From: a virus
Direction: 5' to 3' (one strand)
IMG/VR virus record: IMGVR_UViG_3300028384_000422
Span: 19,858-83,857 of that record
DNA: 64,000 nt
Below, piece by piece: positions 1 to 11,100 of the stretch. Numbering within the stretch: the first letter of the stretch is position 1; every line of letters starts with the position of its first letter. Under the pieces are notes generated by a model. That model did no database searches. It worked only from the letters and a program-made list of their open reading frames with translations, and was not told where the DNA came from. A program made the position numbers and the translations under genes.

Positions 1-3000
1 AATTAAGAAATCGACAATAGTATTCTTTTCTGAGAACTCATACAAATATCCAGCAATACCAACATTAATATTATTCGTATTGAATGGAATAACATCTTGT
101 ACTACCAAGATACCAGTTTGAGCACTCCAAGAAACTACTGTACCTCTCACACCACTAATTGCACCAGTAACAACTTCATTCGTGCTGTAATTTTGACCGT
201 TTCCTGTTGTAAGATCAACAGTAATACTTAAGGTTGCGACGTGTTGAACACCGTCACTCAATCCGCCTGCTTCAATAATAGTTGCATATCTAAATGGGAT
301 CGAAGCATCCTTGATACTGTCACCAACTTGGAACAGAGTAGTGTTTTGACCACCTTGAGTCTCTTCAATACCATACAGGGAACTAAAGATACCACCATCA
401 AGACTAATTTGGTTTTCATAGTCTGTTCCTGTATTTACCAAGTCTGCAATACCATCTCCTAAGAATGTTCCAGGATTATTAGGATCTTCATTTTCATCAT
501 CGTCTTGGAATTTTCTATCTTGTAAAGTAGAGATAGGAACAGTTAATAATGTAATGGTTGAACCAGTTTCGGTTTCGATAATATGTGGTTGATATGAACT
601 ATTAGCACTAGCAGCAACACCAGCGTCAAACTGTACAATAGCATCTTCAGTAGAAGGAATACCCGCATCGATAAAAGCAAGTTCATCAACTTCAAAAGTG
701 ACTAATAGTTCTCTTGAATTTGGATTCCAATCGTATACCTTAGCAACTTTGTTGTTTGCATTGTCAACACGACGAACAACTCGGTCACCAACGTTATACA
801 GGTAAGTAGATACTCCTTCAGGTGTATTCTGTCCTGTATCTAGAACAACTCTCTGATCATAGTTAAAGTTTACACCTCTAGTCAGACCAGTAAATCTACC
901 TTCACTCTTAGCAGTATAAGAAATAGTTTCTGCATCAACAATAATTTCACCAGAACCAGGATATGCATCAGTAGAATCTACATAAATCTCACTATCTGTA
1001 GAACTAAGTGTTTTAACAAGTCCAGTAAGATAGATCGCAGATGCATTAAGTGCCTGACGTGCTCTGGTTTTACGTTTAAGTTGAACTAACTTAGTAAAGA
1101 TAATATTGGGTGGAGAAGTATATCCTTTTCCAGGATCGATAATATTAATTCCAGTGATTTGTCCTTGGAAAATAGTTGCTTCTGCTTTTGCACCAAGACC
1201 ACCGCCACCACTAATAAGAATAAAGGGAGGTTCTTGATAGAACTCACCAGCATCTACGATATTGATATTAGTAACTTTGCCTAAGGTATCGATTTCTGCA
1301 GCACCTTGAGCACCTTGTCCACCACCACCTTCAAAGATAAGTGTCGGAGGTGTGGCGTAGTCTCTACCTGGGTTCAGCAAAGATAAACCAGTAACTGTTT
1401 GAACAGTGGGGGTTCCTGTAGCACCACTTCCCTGCCCACCAAGAATTTTTGCTTTTGCTGAACCAAAGAAGTTATCACCAGTTTTAGTCATCTTAATATA
1501 AGAGACTTGACCTGGATTATCAGTACTTAAAACAACTTCACCTGCAGCTTCGGTTGGGAATTGAGAAACTAAATCAGGGACTGTATCACCCTCAAATAGA
1601 GGAATACCATAATATTCAGGACCAATAGCATATGGATATACTGGATTGCCACTACCATCTTCAGTCATAAAATATGCATAAGTTCCGTCTGGATAATCGG
1701 GAGTAACAGCATATCTACCGTTGTACTGATCAAGAGTTCCTACGGAAGAATCGTAAATAAAATCAGTAATTAAATCACCTAACAAATATCCTTCGCAAAC
1801 ACCTCTAACACCTGCATCCTCTTCATGATATGCATAAACATATATCAGACGATCAGCATCAACAGGAACTTGGAATCTAATTTCTCGTGTTGTTGCTGCA
1901 GAGAATCCAGAAACATATGCAGCATAACTCACGGCAGAACCATCCAAATGATAGGTTACTGAATGAGATGCACCATAAACATAAGAAGTATCACCAACTA
2001 AAGCGCCATGCCAACCATCTTCTGTTGTAGAGAGTAATAAAATCTGAGAAAATAATCCGTCTACGTTACTAGAATCATCTTGATTAAAGACATACGTTTT
2101 TCCTCTCAGGAATTCAATGAATGGTAGTGTTTGACCATCAAATAAGAATTTATCATTTGCAAAAGTAACAGCATAAGTTACTGTTCCTGCAGTAACAACT
2201 TCTGGTCTGGCACCAGATAATTCTGCAGTTGTTTTCAATCTATAAGAACTAGATTCTCTACGAACAGTTCCACTATCCGTCTGACCCCAAGGACCATAGA
2301 TGGGATATCCATCAAAAGACATACCCAAAATTTTAGAGTGCCCATTTATATGTCGAGACTTATCGATTGTATTAAGATCGTTAGAATTGGGTTGATAATA
2401 ATTTTTTGTATAGTAATTATTAGCATGATCCTCTTCTTCTACAGTAGGATCGAGAACCATATATCCTTCATCGCCAGTATAACCCGACATATAGCGATGA
2501 TTTTTACAATAGTAATAGATACGATTTGATTCATCCGAATTCATAATGAATAACGGTTGATATTCGTTTTCGTAATCAGTTGACCAGTTTTCAGTAACTC
2601 CTGTGCTGTTATAGTACAGAGTTCCTCCATTCAACAGACCATCCTGAGTTGTGCTGAACTGCATTGGGTGTCCAACACCATGTTGGTTAGATGAATCAGA
2701 TTGATTCCATCTAATTAAGTAATTTCTTTGAACTCTAATATTTTCTGGTGCAAAATAATATCTACCTGGGATAAAATCACCAAACTCTTCTGCATCAGAT
2801 CCAAAATCAATATAAAAAATACCGTTAGGGAAAGTAATAGGATCATCATCAATACGAAATTGGAATCCATTAGCACCCAACAGTAAATCGTCTTCAGCAA
2901 AAGGACCGTTAACAATATTTCTAATATAAACCTTTGTTGGATTATTCTGAGAGTCTCTAACAATCTTAGCGATAAACCCATAGGCATTACCACCAACTTC

Positions 3001-3870
3001 ATCGACTCTTCTACCAACTTCAAGATTACCTAAACTCTGATCTAATGAGTTGGGAGTAATATTAACTAAAATATTGTCAAATTCTACTTTGATATTCCAG
3101 GTGAAAATTTCAATATCACCCCAATCAAAAACACTATTACCTAATTTAAATTCATCAATTAACTTATTTGTCTGGTAATAATATGTTTGTGAATCATTGA
3201 CAGCACCATAGACATTCATATTCTTCAGATAAGAATATTTTGGTGCGTTGATTGGGAAATTGACCTGTGCATTACCATCAAGACCCCAATCAGGAGTATG
3301 AAGTAAAACACCATTTGACATGATGCCAGTTACTTTATTGCGCTGCTCATCTCTAGTTCCTGGATTAGGAACATCTTTACCGCCTCGGTAAATAAAGGTT
3401 TGGTCAAATGTTCTATCTAAGATAGTAGTAGATCCACCAGGTTCTCTCTCTGCCATAACAAACAGAGATGGTTTGGGATGATTATCAGATACAATACGAA
3501 GTCTATCTGTATCGGCATTAAATGATCCAGTAGTTGGAGAATTTGGATGAGTTTGCCAGATTCTATTAATATTAAAAGAATTTACTACATTAGGTGTTTC
3601 CTGTTCAGGAATAATCTTAAGTCTTAGAGGGTCATAACCTCTACCTCTTGATAAAACACGAACGTGAACAATTCTACCCGATTCTTCATCGATAATTGGA
3701 TATAACAAAGCTTCGGTTGTTGGAGTTCCACAACCTGTAATTGTCAAACGAGGAGGATCTGCTGGATCATATGAGGATCCGCCATTTATAACTCTTACCG
3801 CTCTTACACCAAATACTTCGTCAAAAATTGGTTCAATTACGGCACCAGTACCAGGAACATTTCTTGCCAT
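1..3870 (-). CDS. Large virion structural protein (>=1290 aa, runs off the left edge) with a YHYH-like domain, cupredoxin-like inserts and Gly-Tyr beta repeats
   Basis: Not in the ORF track (no stop in window). Hand translation from ATG 3870: MARNVPGTGAVIEPIFDEVFGVRAVRVINGGSSYDP...; contains GHSKILGMSFDGYPIYGPWG, LDQYNGRYAVTPDYPDGTYAYF and HPMQFS...YYYCKNHRYM; frame still open at position 1 (...NTIVDFLI). Confidence 0.85.
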   Translation of the reverse strand, partial: MARNVPGTGAVIEPIFDEVFGVRAVRVINGGSSYDPADPPRLTITGCGTPTTEALLYPIIDEESGRIVHVRVLSRGRGYDPLRLKIIPEQETPNVVNSFNINRIWQTHPNSPTTGSFNADTDRLRIVSDNHPKPSLFVMAEREPGGSTTILDRTFDQTFIYRGGKDVPNPGTRDEQRNKVTGIMSNGVLLHTPDWGLDGNAQVNFPINAPKYSYLKNMNVYGAVNDSQTYYYQTNKLIDEFKLGNSVFDWGDIEIFTWNIKVEFDNILVNITPNSLDQSLGNLEVGRRVDEVGGNAYGFIAKIVRDSQNNPTKVYIRNIVNGPFAEDDLLLGANGFQFRIDDDPITFPNGIFYIDFGSDAEEFGDFIPGRYYFAPENIRVQRNYLIRWNQSDSSNQHGVGHPMQFSTTQDGLLNGGTLYYNSTGVTENWSTDYENEYQPLFIMNSDESNRIYYYCKNHRYMSGYTGDEGYMVLDPTVEEEDHANNYYTKNYYQPNSNDLNTIDKSRHINGHSKILGMSFDGYPIYGPWGQTDSGTVRRESSSYRLKTTAELSGARPEVVTAGTVTYAVTFANDKFLFDGQTLPFIEFLRGKTYVFNQDDSSNVDGLFSQILLLSTTEDGWHGALVGDTSYVYGASHSVTYHLDGSAVSYAAYVSGFSAATTREIRFQVPVDADRLIYVYAYHEEDAGVRGVCEGYLLGDLITDFIYDSSVGTLDQYNGRYAVTPDYPDGTYAYFMTEDGSGNPVYPYAIGPEYYGIPLFEGDTVPDLVSQFPTEAAGEVVLSTDNPGQVSYIKMTKTGDNFFGSAKAKILGGQGSGATGTPTVQTVTGLSLLNPGRDYATPPTLIFEGGGGQGAQGAAEIDTLGKVTNINIVDAGEFYQEPPFILISGGGGLGAKAEATIFQGQITGINIIDPGKGYTSPPNIIFTKLVQLKRKTRARQALNASAIYLTGLVKTLSSTDSEIYVDSTDAYPGSGEIIVDAETISYTAKSEGRFTGLTRGVNFNYDQRVVLDTGQNTPEGVSTYLYNVGDRVVRRVDNANNKVAKVYDWNPNSRELLVTFEVDELAFIDAGIPSTEDAIVQFDAGVAASANSSYQPHIIETETGSTITLLTVPISTLQDRKFQDDDENEDPNNPGTFLGDGIADLVNTGTDYENQISLDGGIFSSLYGIEETQGGQNTTLFQVGDSIKDASIPFRYATIIEAGGLSDGVQHVATLSITVDLTTGNGQNYSTNEVVTGAISGVRGTVVSWSAQTGILVVQDVIPFNTNNINVGIAGYLYEFSEKNTIVDFLI

Positions 3871-3882
3871 TTAGTGTCAACC

Positions 3883-5121
3883 TTATGCTACGTTAATTGT
3901 GCCTTGCATTTGCGCGTGGAGGGTACACTGATAATACAGCGTTGAGGGAGCATCGAGAGGAACTGTCCAATAAAGAATTGTAGAACCACTACCCGTTTGA
4001 CCTGTCGTATATGCAGTTCCACTCAATCCCTGAGTAGATTGAATTCTAAACGGGTGACCACCACCTTCAACACTATTATCAAATGCGTAAGTGAATCCTC
4101 TATAAACATACAGCGTTGGGTCACGATTGTCACCAGCAGGGAGTCCAGGTCCATTGATCAAATAGTCACTACTAGCATTTTCTACAGGAACGTTCAGTTC
4201 ATACCAAAGCATTGGACTACCACCTGGGGATCTAACCCAATCCGTGCCATTCCAATAAATGTTATCGCCCTGTGTCAGACCAGTAGTATCAGTATCAGTT
4301 AAGTTGGCAAATGTAGTTGTAAGAGTTCCACTAAAATCAACAGTTACAGTATCACCAGAAACTGTTGTTGTAATATTCGTTCCACCCGCAATAGTCAGTG
4401 TATCGGTTTGACTATTAGCAGTTGTATTTCCAGTATCACCTGCAATTGTTTGGAATACGTTAATAGAGGACACACCAGCAACGTCATCACCAGGAACCCA
4501 AGTAGATCCATTCCACTTAAGTACTTGGTTTAATGTAGGAACATTGGTAGTAGTGTCAACATCATTCAAAAGATTGATACTAGAATATTGTGTCAACAAT
4601 GTTGCTCTAGTATCACCAACACCACCCGCAGTAATATTGATATTTACATAGGGATTATCATCACCATCAACAGTGAAGTAATACCCAGGATAAGATGCTG
4701 CAGCTGGTGCTGCGGCAAGACTAGCATATTCATTCTTATATTTTACCGTCGTAGGTAAATCAATACCTTCTCCTGTAGTTCCACCAAACGTAGAAGTAAT
4801 ACCACCTGCCGCCAATGTAATATCACCAGTTCCATTTGCTGCCACAGCAATATTTCCGTTAGACGATGAAATAATTGAATTATTATTTACATCTAACGCC
4901 GCAGTCAGGTTTGTGAAATCGGAAGGTAGAAAACTAGTTCCGTTATATCTCAATACCTGACCAACAGCAGGGTTAGCAACACTTAATTGAGTGTTAGAAC
5001 CATTGCCGATGGCAGTATAAAGTTCAGTGAAATTATCATTGATCTTATCGCCGCCAGCACGGAGGGTGTCCCCCGTGTTGTCATTAGCGGCAGTACCAAG
5101 ATTAAGTGCCTGTTTAGCCAT
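3883..5121 (-). CDS. Baseplate/fibre-connector-like protein: T4 gp9/gp10-type N-terminus plus C-terminal cupredoxin-like domain
   Basis: N-term MAKQALNLGTAANDNTGDTLRAGGDKINDNFTELY resembles the gp9/gp10 N-terminal motif; LxWNGxxW repeats; C-term GHPFRI...LYYQCTLHAQMQGTI. Confidence 0.75.
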   Translation of the reverse strand: MAKQALNLGTAANDNTGDTLRAGGDKINDNFTELYTAIGNGSNTQLSVANPAVGQVLRYNGTSFLPSDFTNLTAALDVNNNSIISSSNGNIAVAANGTGDITLAAGGITSTFGGTTGEGIDLPTTVKYKNEYASLAAAPAAASYPGYYFTVDGDDNPYVNINITAGGVGDTRATLLTQYSSINLLNDVDTTTNVPTLNQVLKWNGSTWVPGDDVAGVSSINVFQTIAGDTGNTTANSQTDTLTIAGGTNITTTVSGDTVTVDFSGTLTTTFANLTDTDTTGLTQGDNIYWNGTDWVRSPGGSPMLWYELNVPVENASSDYLINGPGLPAGDNRDPTLYVYRGFTYAFDNSVEGGGHPFRIQSTQGLSGTAYTTGQTGSGSTILYWTVPLDAPSTLYYQCTLHAQMQGTINVA

Positions 5122-5141
5122 TACTCACTAAGTTTTTTAGT

Positions 5142-5149
5142 TATTTATA
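5142..5149 (-). promoter_or_regulatory. T4-type late promoter TATAAATA
   Basis: Exact consensus overlapping the gp7 stop codon, 20 nt before the 412-aa gene. Confidence 0.8.
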
Positions 5150-8100
5150 GGATCTCTGGATCAACTGCTTCTTCTCCGTAATCCGCAAGATTTGGAGCGG
5201 TCCAATCGTCGGGGACAGTTGTTTCAACATCAATGCCTGGGTTCTGATATCCAGATCCAGCATTACTCATCTCAACACCCGAAACACCAACCAGCGCCTT
5301 AATATTACCATCGAATCCAGAGATAGAGTCGATTCTCACTGTAGGTCTGGAAGTATATCCAGAACCACCACCAGTAACCTGAACATCATCAATAAATCCA
5401 GAAGTGATTTGAGCCTGTGCGAGTGCATCTTGACCAAAGACAGATCCCAGATAATCGAAAGTGATCAAAGAGTTAGAAGACTCAATAACAGCAACTTCAC
5501 GATCATCGGTTTCACCCTGAATTCTGATGAAATCACCAGGTTCAACGGGAGGAACAACTTCAGCAGCATCAACGTCTGCTTCAGAACCAACGTAAGAGAA
5601 GGCAACAAATGTAGATCCGAATCTAGGAATTTCGGAGAAGATGATTCTAGAACCAACAATCTCAAAACCAATTCCAGGTTCCTGGATAACACCATTGAGA
5701 GAAACAATGATGTTATTTTCAGGTCTAATAACACTAGATTGTACACCGTCCGTAAGTGTAAGTGAGTAGAATACTTCGTTACGCTTAAGGTTAAAGGACT
5801 GACGTAAAGAGTCAAACTCAAACGAAATATCGTCAAGTTGTCTCAGTTTACCAACATAGAATCCAGTGAACGATGCACCAATATCGGGTGCTTCAGTGAA
5901 CTGAATTTGATTGGAGAATGCTGTATATGCATTGGTAGCGCCAGGAGGTTGCAAAATACCATTGATGAATACCAACAGATGACCAGCAGGATCTGGTAGA
6001 TAAGATGTTCCGTTTTCAATAGTAAGATCGAAGTTTGTCTGTGTGCCATCGAAACCTTTGGAAGAACGCTTAACGCGAGCCTTAAGATCTTCTTTAGAAG
6101 TAATAACTGACTTATAATTATCGGCAGACTTGATACCATCTCTAGTAGTAAATGTTCCTGCGATATCACTTAGATACAGACGTTTCTGTGTGCCAACCGT
6201 CTTAACGTCTTGAATAAGAGCGGCAGCGGCACCTGCGGTTACGACTCTGGTTGTGATAGAAGCATAACCAACGGGGAAGTTACCAGCAAGACCATAATCA
6301 CCAACAACATCACCATTTGTTAATTCACCCTGGAAATCGACCGCGTAAATGTAGTTATTGTCAAGGTCAACTTCGGTAATAATTGCATATACAGAAGAAA
6401 CTTGATTACCACTAACAACCTTATACAGTCTGTTACCAACGGTGAATGTATTCAGATTACTAATAATACTAATACCGAATCTCACATAACCAGTAGATGC
6501 AATTCTCTGACCAATTTGAGCATTGAAACCATCATATTTGATAACATCGATATATTGTCTGGAACTCTCTGGATATACAACAGAGTTCTTCTCGAAAGTT
6601 CCGAGTAATGTCTCTGTGTCAACTTTAAGAGTACCACCAGTATTAGAAAGAACTGCTGCCTGATTCTTAATGAATCCAGTGGGTTGTGCAGTCTCGCCAC
6701 TAGTGTAACCTTTAAACGGAATATCATTAGAGAACTCGCCTTTAAGGTCGATAATATGAATTCTATTTTCAATTGCACTAATCTGAGCAGATGTGGAGTT
6801 TTCAGCACCAACGATAATATCGGTAATTGCCCAAGGACCAGCGGTAACACGAACATCAAGATACTTATAGTTTTCATCTTCATGGAAACCATATACAACA
6901 CCAGTAACAGATGGAGCACCTTGCTTAGCAACAGTCTCATTCATCGTAAACGGTCCATCAGTGATGTCACCGTCGATACGGAAACGCTTGTAGATTTGAA
7001 CAATCTTACCGCTATTTTCGTTTAATGTTTCTACTTCTGCATATGCATTACTAGACTGACCATAGACAAAATCGGTGGTTTTAAGACCTCCTCCAAGACC
7101 AATGACTTTATCTCTTTCTCCAAATGTTTTGGTCGGCAGAGAAATAGCGTTCTGAATATCGAGAGAAGTGAAGTAAGTTCCAGTCTTGATTTGCTGTCTA
7201 ATAATATTGGTCGCATAACGAGCCAAAGCAGTAATAGAATCTGTAGTGTAATCAGATGCTGCAGTAGAACTGTAGAAACTATAGAAACCTGCATTTGTGG
7301 ACGGCGATGTAAGAGTTCCTGCGAGAGCCTGTGCAATGAATCCATCGAGCAGATCCAGAGCAAAGTTCTTGATATTAAACTCGTTATCAGAGTAGAAGAT
7401 CTTACCACTGGTTGCAGTGTAAGGATCCAAAGCAAACTTGGTGAGTTTTGCACCCCAAAGGTAAATACCTGTGCTGCCATTACCAGTCCAGGACTGAGCA
7501 CCAGAAGCACTATTAGCAATAATATTAGTTCTAAGAACAGAGAAACCAAAGGAGAACGTTGCAGTAATAAAGAGTCGATACCACCCATCACCAAGAGGAA
7601 CCGCACCATAAGCATCACCTGTAATACCACCCTGAGGAATAAAGAGTGATCCAATAGCACCAGTACTGAGATTCAGATCAAAGAAGATATTTTGTTCTGC
7701 AGTAGTTCCATCATCCAAGATAAGACCGAATCTGACAGAAGCAGAACCTGCTGCTTTAACAAAGATGGATGATGTGAATGTTTGTGTTTCAGAAACACCT
7801 ACAGCACCTGTATCAAAAGATTCATTTGTGGTGTCGAAAGTCAGTGTGCTTGAGTCAAATGTCTCAAATGCAGTCAGGTTATAATCTCTGAAAGTATCAT
7901 GAATACCACCATTATTATTTGCAGCGAAAAACTTCTCTGCAGTCAATGTTCCATCAGGAGCAGAGATCGAATTATCAGTGATCAGCAGAGAGTCAACACC
8001 ACCATTACTATTAACTTGCCAATTGACAGCAAGTGCTTCAGGGTTAGTAAACAGATTAGTACCAGAAACTTGACCACTGATGTTAGAAACCAATGTCTTA

Positions 8101-11100
8101 GCATGATCTAATGTCTGAACATTAGTAGGTTCAGAATACCAATCATAACCACTACCAACAGTAGCAACTGTTGCGGTCGCACTAGAAGTTCTACCAGTTA
8201 AGGTATCGGATGCAGACCATGCGGTTCCTGTAAATGCGCCAACAATCAACAGATTAGTTTCTTCATTCCACTCAAGAACGGTAGCATAACCGCCGCCACT
8301 AGAACGAATGACTTCACCAAGTTGGAAATTGCCAGTCAGAGAAGTGAATGTAATCTTATATGCAGTTTCCTTAACTGTAGTGTCAGTTGTAACAACATCA
8401 TGAACCATATCAGTGATAATTCTATCAATGAAAGAGTTGTATACCCATGCTCCAGAACCAAACTGAGAGTTGACCTGATTCTGAATCTCCTCCTTATAAT
8501 AATTGAGGTTATAAAGAATATTCTTAGATGCACTGCGACTAATGTCACCTCCAGGTGCAAGAATACCAATAATAATATCAATAAGATCTTCAAATCTATA
8601 TACAACTTTTTCAATATCAATTACAGTTTCGGTATCGCGATATGCAACATCATCACTGTAAATTGCCGCATAATCAGGAGAAGTAAATCCAGAGTTAAAA
8701 TCATATGCTCTGTTTCTGATTGCAAAAGGACCAATATCCTTCAATTTTTGAAGTGAATAAACAAAAGCGAGAATTTCATCTTCGATATCCTTAATTTGAA
8801 GAGATGCAGTCAGATATTTTTCAATTTCTGCAATGGTGCTATTAGTACCACCTGTCTGCAAGTCAGAAATAATACCAAGAAGAATTGCCTCTATATTTGC
8901 CTGTCTTACCAATTCATCAGCATATGTAAATGCGTTATAAGTAACACCATTCAAATCATATTGGAATTCAGTTCTAGTATAACCAGTTACTTCTTCAGCA
9001 AGATACTGTCTGTTGAAATACAAACGATCTGCAGCAACATGGAAATCATTACCTGTAGGAGCGATAACATCGTTGATAATAGTTACCAAATTATCAATTG
9101 CTGTCTTAACGTTTGCACATCCACCAGCATCCTGAGTAATACCCCAATCACCAACAATGATTGCATCGGTATTATCATAAGTCAAATCACCTGTAATCGC
9201 TTGTTTTGCATAGAATGCAAGACGCTCATGTGCATAAACAGATTGGAATACCTGTAAGCGAATATATAGAAGAATATCATTAGTACCAAGATAGAAGTTT
9301 GCTGCCTGAACAGTCTTCTCATTACCACCATTTTGAATATCATCTGCAATTCCATCCAAGATCTGACCCAAGTCAGTCTTACAACGCACAGTACCATCAG
9401 TGCTACCACCACCTTGGTTACGAGGCATATCCTGTGCAAGATCAGGATAACGCTGCAACATATCAAATGCTGCTTTATCAACGATAGCAGATCTGTTTGC
9501 TCTAATCAGGTTAGCAGCATCTCTAAAGCGATATTGTGCATCGGTGTCAATTCTATTACTATAGAATACATCAGTATTTGCATCATGATAAGAAATATCG
9601 AAAGGAGTCTCTCTAAATGCATTGACTGTTCCACCAAGGAACTTGTAAGCGGGAAGTTTCTTAGTAACAGATCCAAGATAATCAACAGCAGGATCTTGAC
9701 TTGCATTGTCTAATGTATCGCTGACAATAGACATCAAGTTGTCAACTGTATTAATAACATCTGTGCAATCATTGAGATTATATTCAGACTTAGTTATTGC
9801 ACCGCTACTTGCGGATACGAAAGTATGTGCATATTGATCATTCTGACCAGATTTACCAACATTCACAGTGAATGTATTGGTATCAGCAGCAGTAATAACA
9901 AGAACTTGTTTTGCAGCAGGATCAGACTTTCTGGGGTATGATTTCTGTGCAGTATTTCCATCTTCAGTGCAAGTGAATACAATCGACTCAGTTGCAATGA
10001 ATACGGAATCACCAGCAACCGTAATACCATTAGTGGTTGCACTTACGAAGCTATGAGTGTAGTTACCACCAGCAACAACACCATTTGTAGTTGCAGACGC
10101 AAAGGTGTGTGCTGTAGTATCCCCAGAAGTTCCAAGATCAACGGTGATTGTATTGTCTTTCTTAACAATTCCATTTGCTGTTGCACTTACAAATGTATGA
10201 ACATATTGATCAGCAGCAGAAGAAGGACCAACGTTGACAGTAAACGTATTAGTAGATACTGCAGTCGGACGTAACCATCTACCAGAGAAAGGATCGGTAG
10301 AACGAGGATAAGTCTTATTCTCAAAGTTACCATCCTTAGTGCAGGTGAATGTTAAAGAATTATCTTCAATTCTAATCTTATCACTAGTGGTGAATCCATG
10401 GTTTGCAACGGTAACTACAAGTTGACCCGATGCAGGATCATATGTTGCTGCTGTTGCAGTACTTGTTGCACCATTCTGAGTAATTTCATATGAAGTTGCT
10501 GCTGCAGTAGGAGCAGATCCGTTAGATCCAGATCCTCTGCTGAAAGTAAGTGCATTCTGAGCAATTTGAACATTCTGACCAACTTCCAGATTATTCTCAG
10601 GAAGAGTAATTACTGCAATACCTGTAGAAGGATTATATGTTGCAGTAGTCGGAGTGTAATTAACTGTAGGAGACTTACCAACATTAACTTCAAATGTATT
10701 CGTAGCAACGTTAGAAACTTCCAACCAACCCTGAGAAGCAGGATCATTTGCACGAGGATAAGTCTTCTGAGCAGTATTGCCGTCCATGGTGCAAGTGAAG
10801 GTCAGAGAGTTATCTGCCAACTTGATTCTGTCACCATTAGAAAGACCGTGACTGTTAGAAGTGATTTGAAGAACACCTGTAGTTGCAGTATATGTTGCAC
10901 CAGTTGCAGTCTTATTGCTAGGAGCAACTAAACCATGACCATTAGAGGTAAGAACCATGAGACCCGTTGCGGGATCATATGTTGCATCAGAGGGCACAAA
11001 TGTGGTTGCACTTGCGTAAGAAGACTCGGTAATAGAAGTATCAAACTTCTGAGTGAGACCATGATCACCCTGTACTTCCCAAGGTGTGTTGTTAATTACA

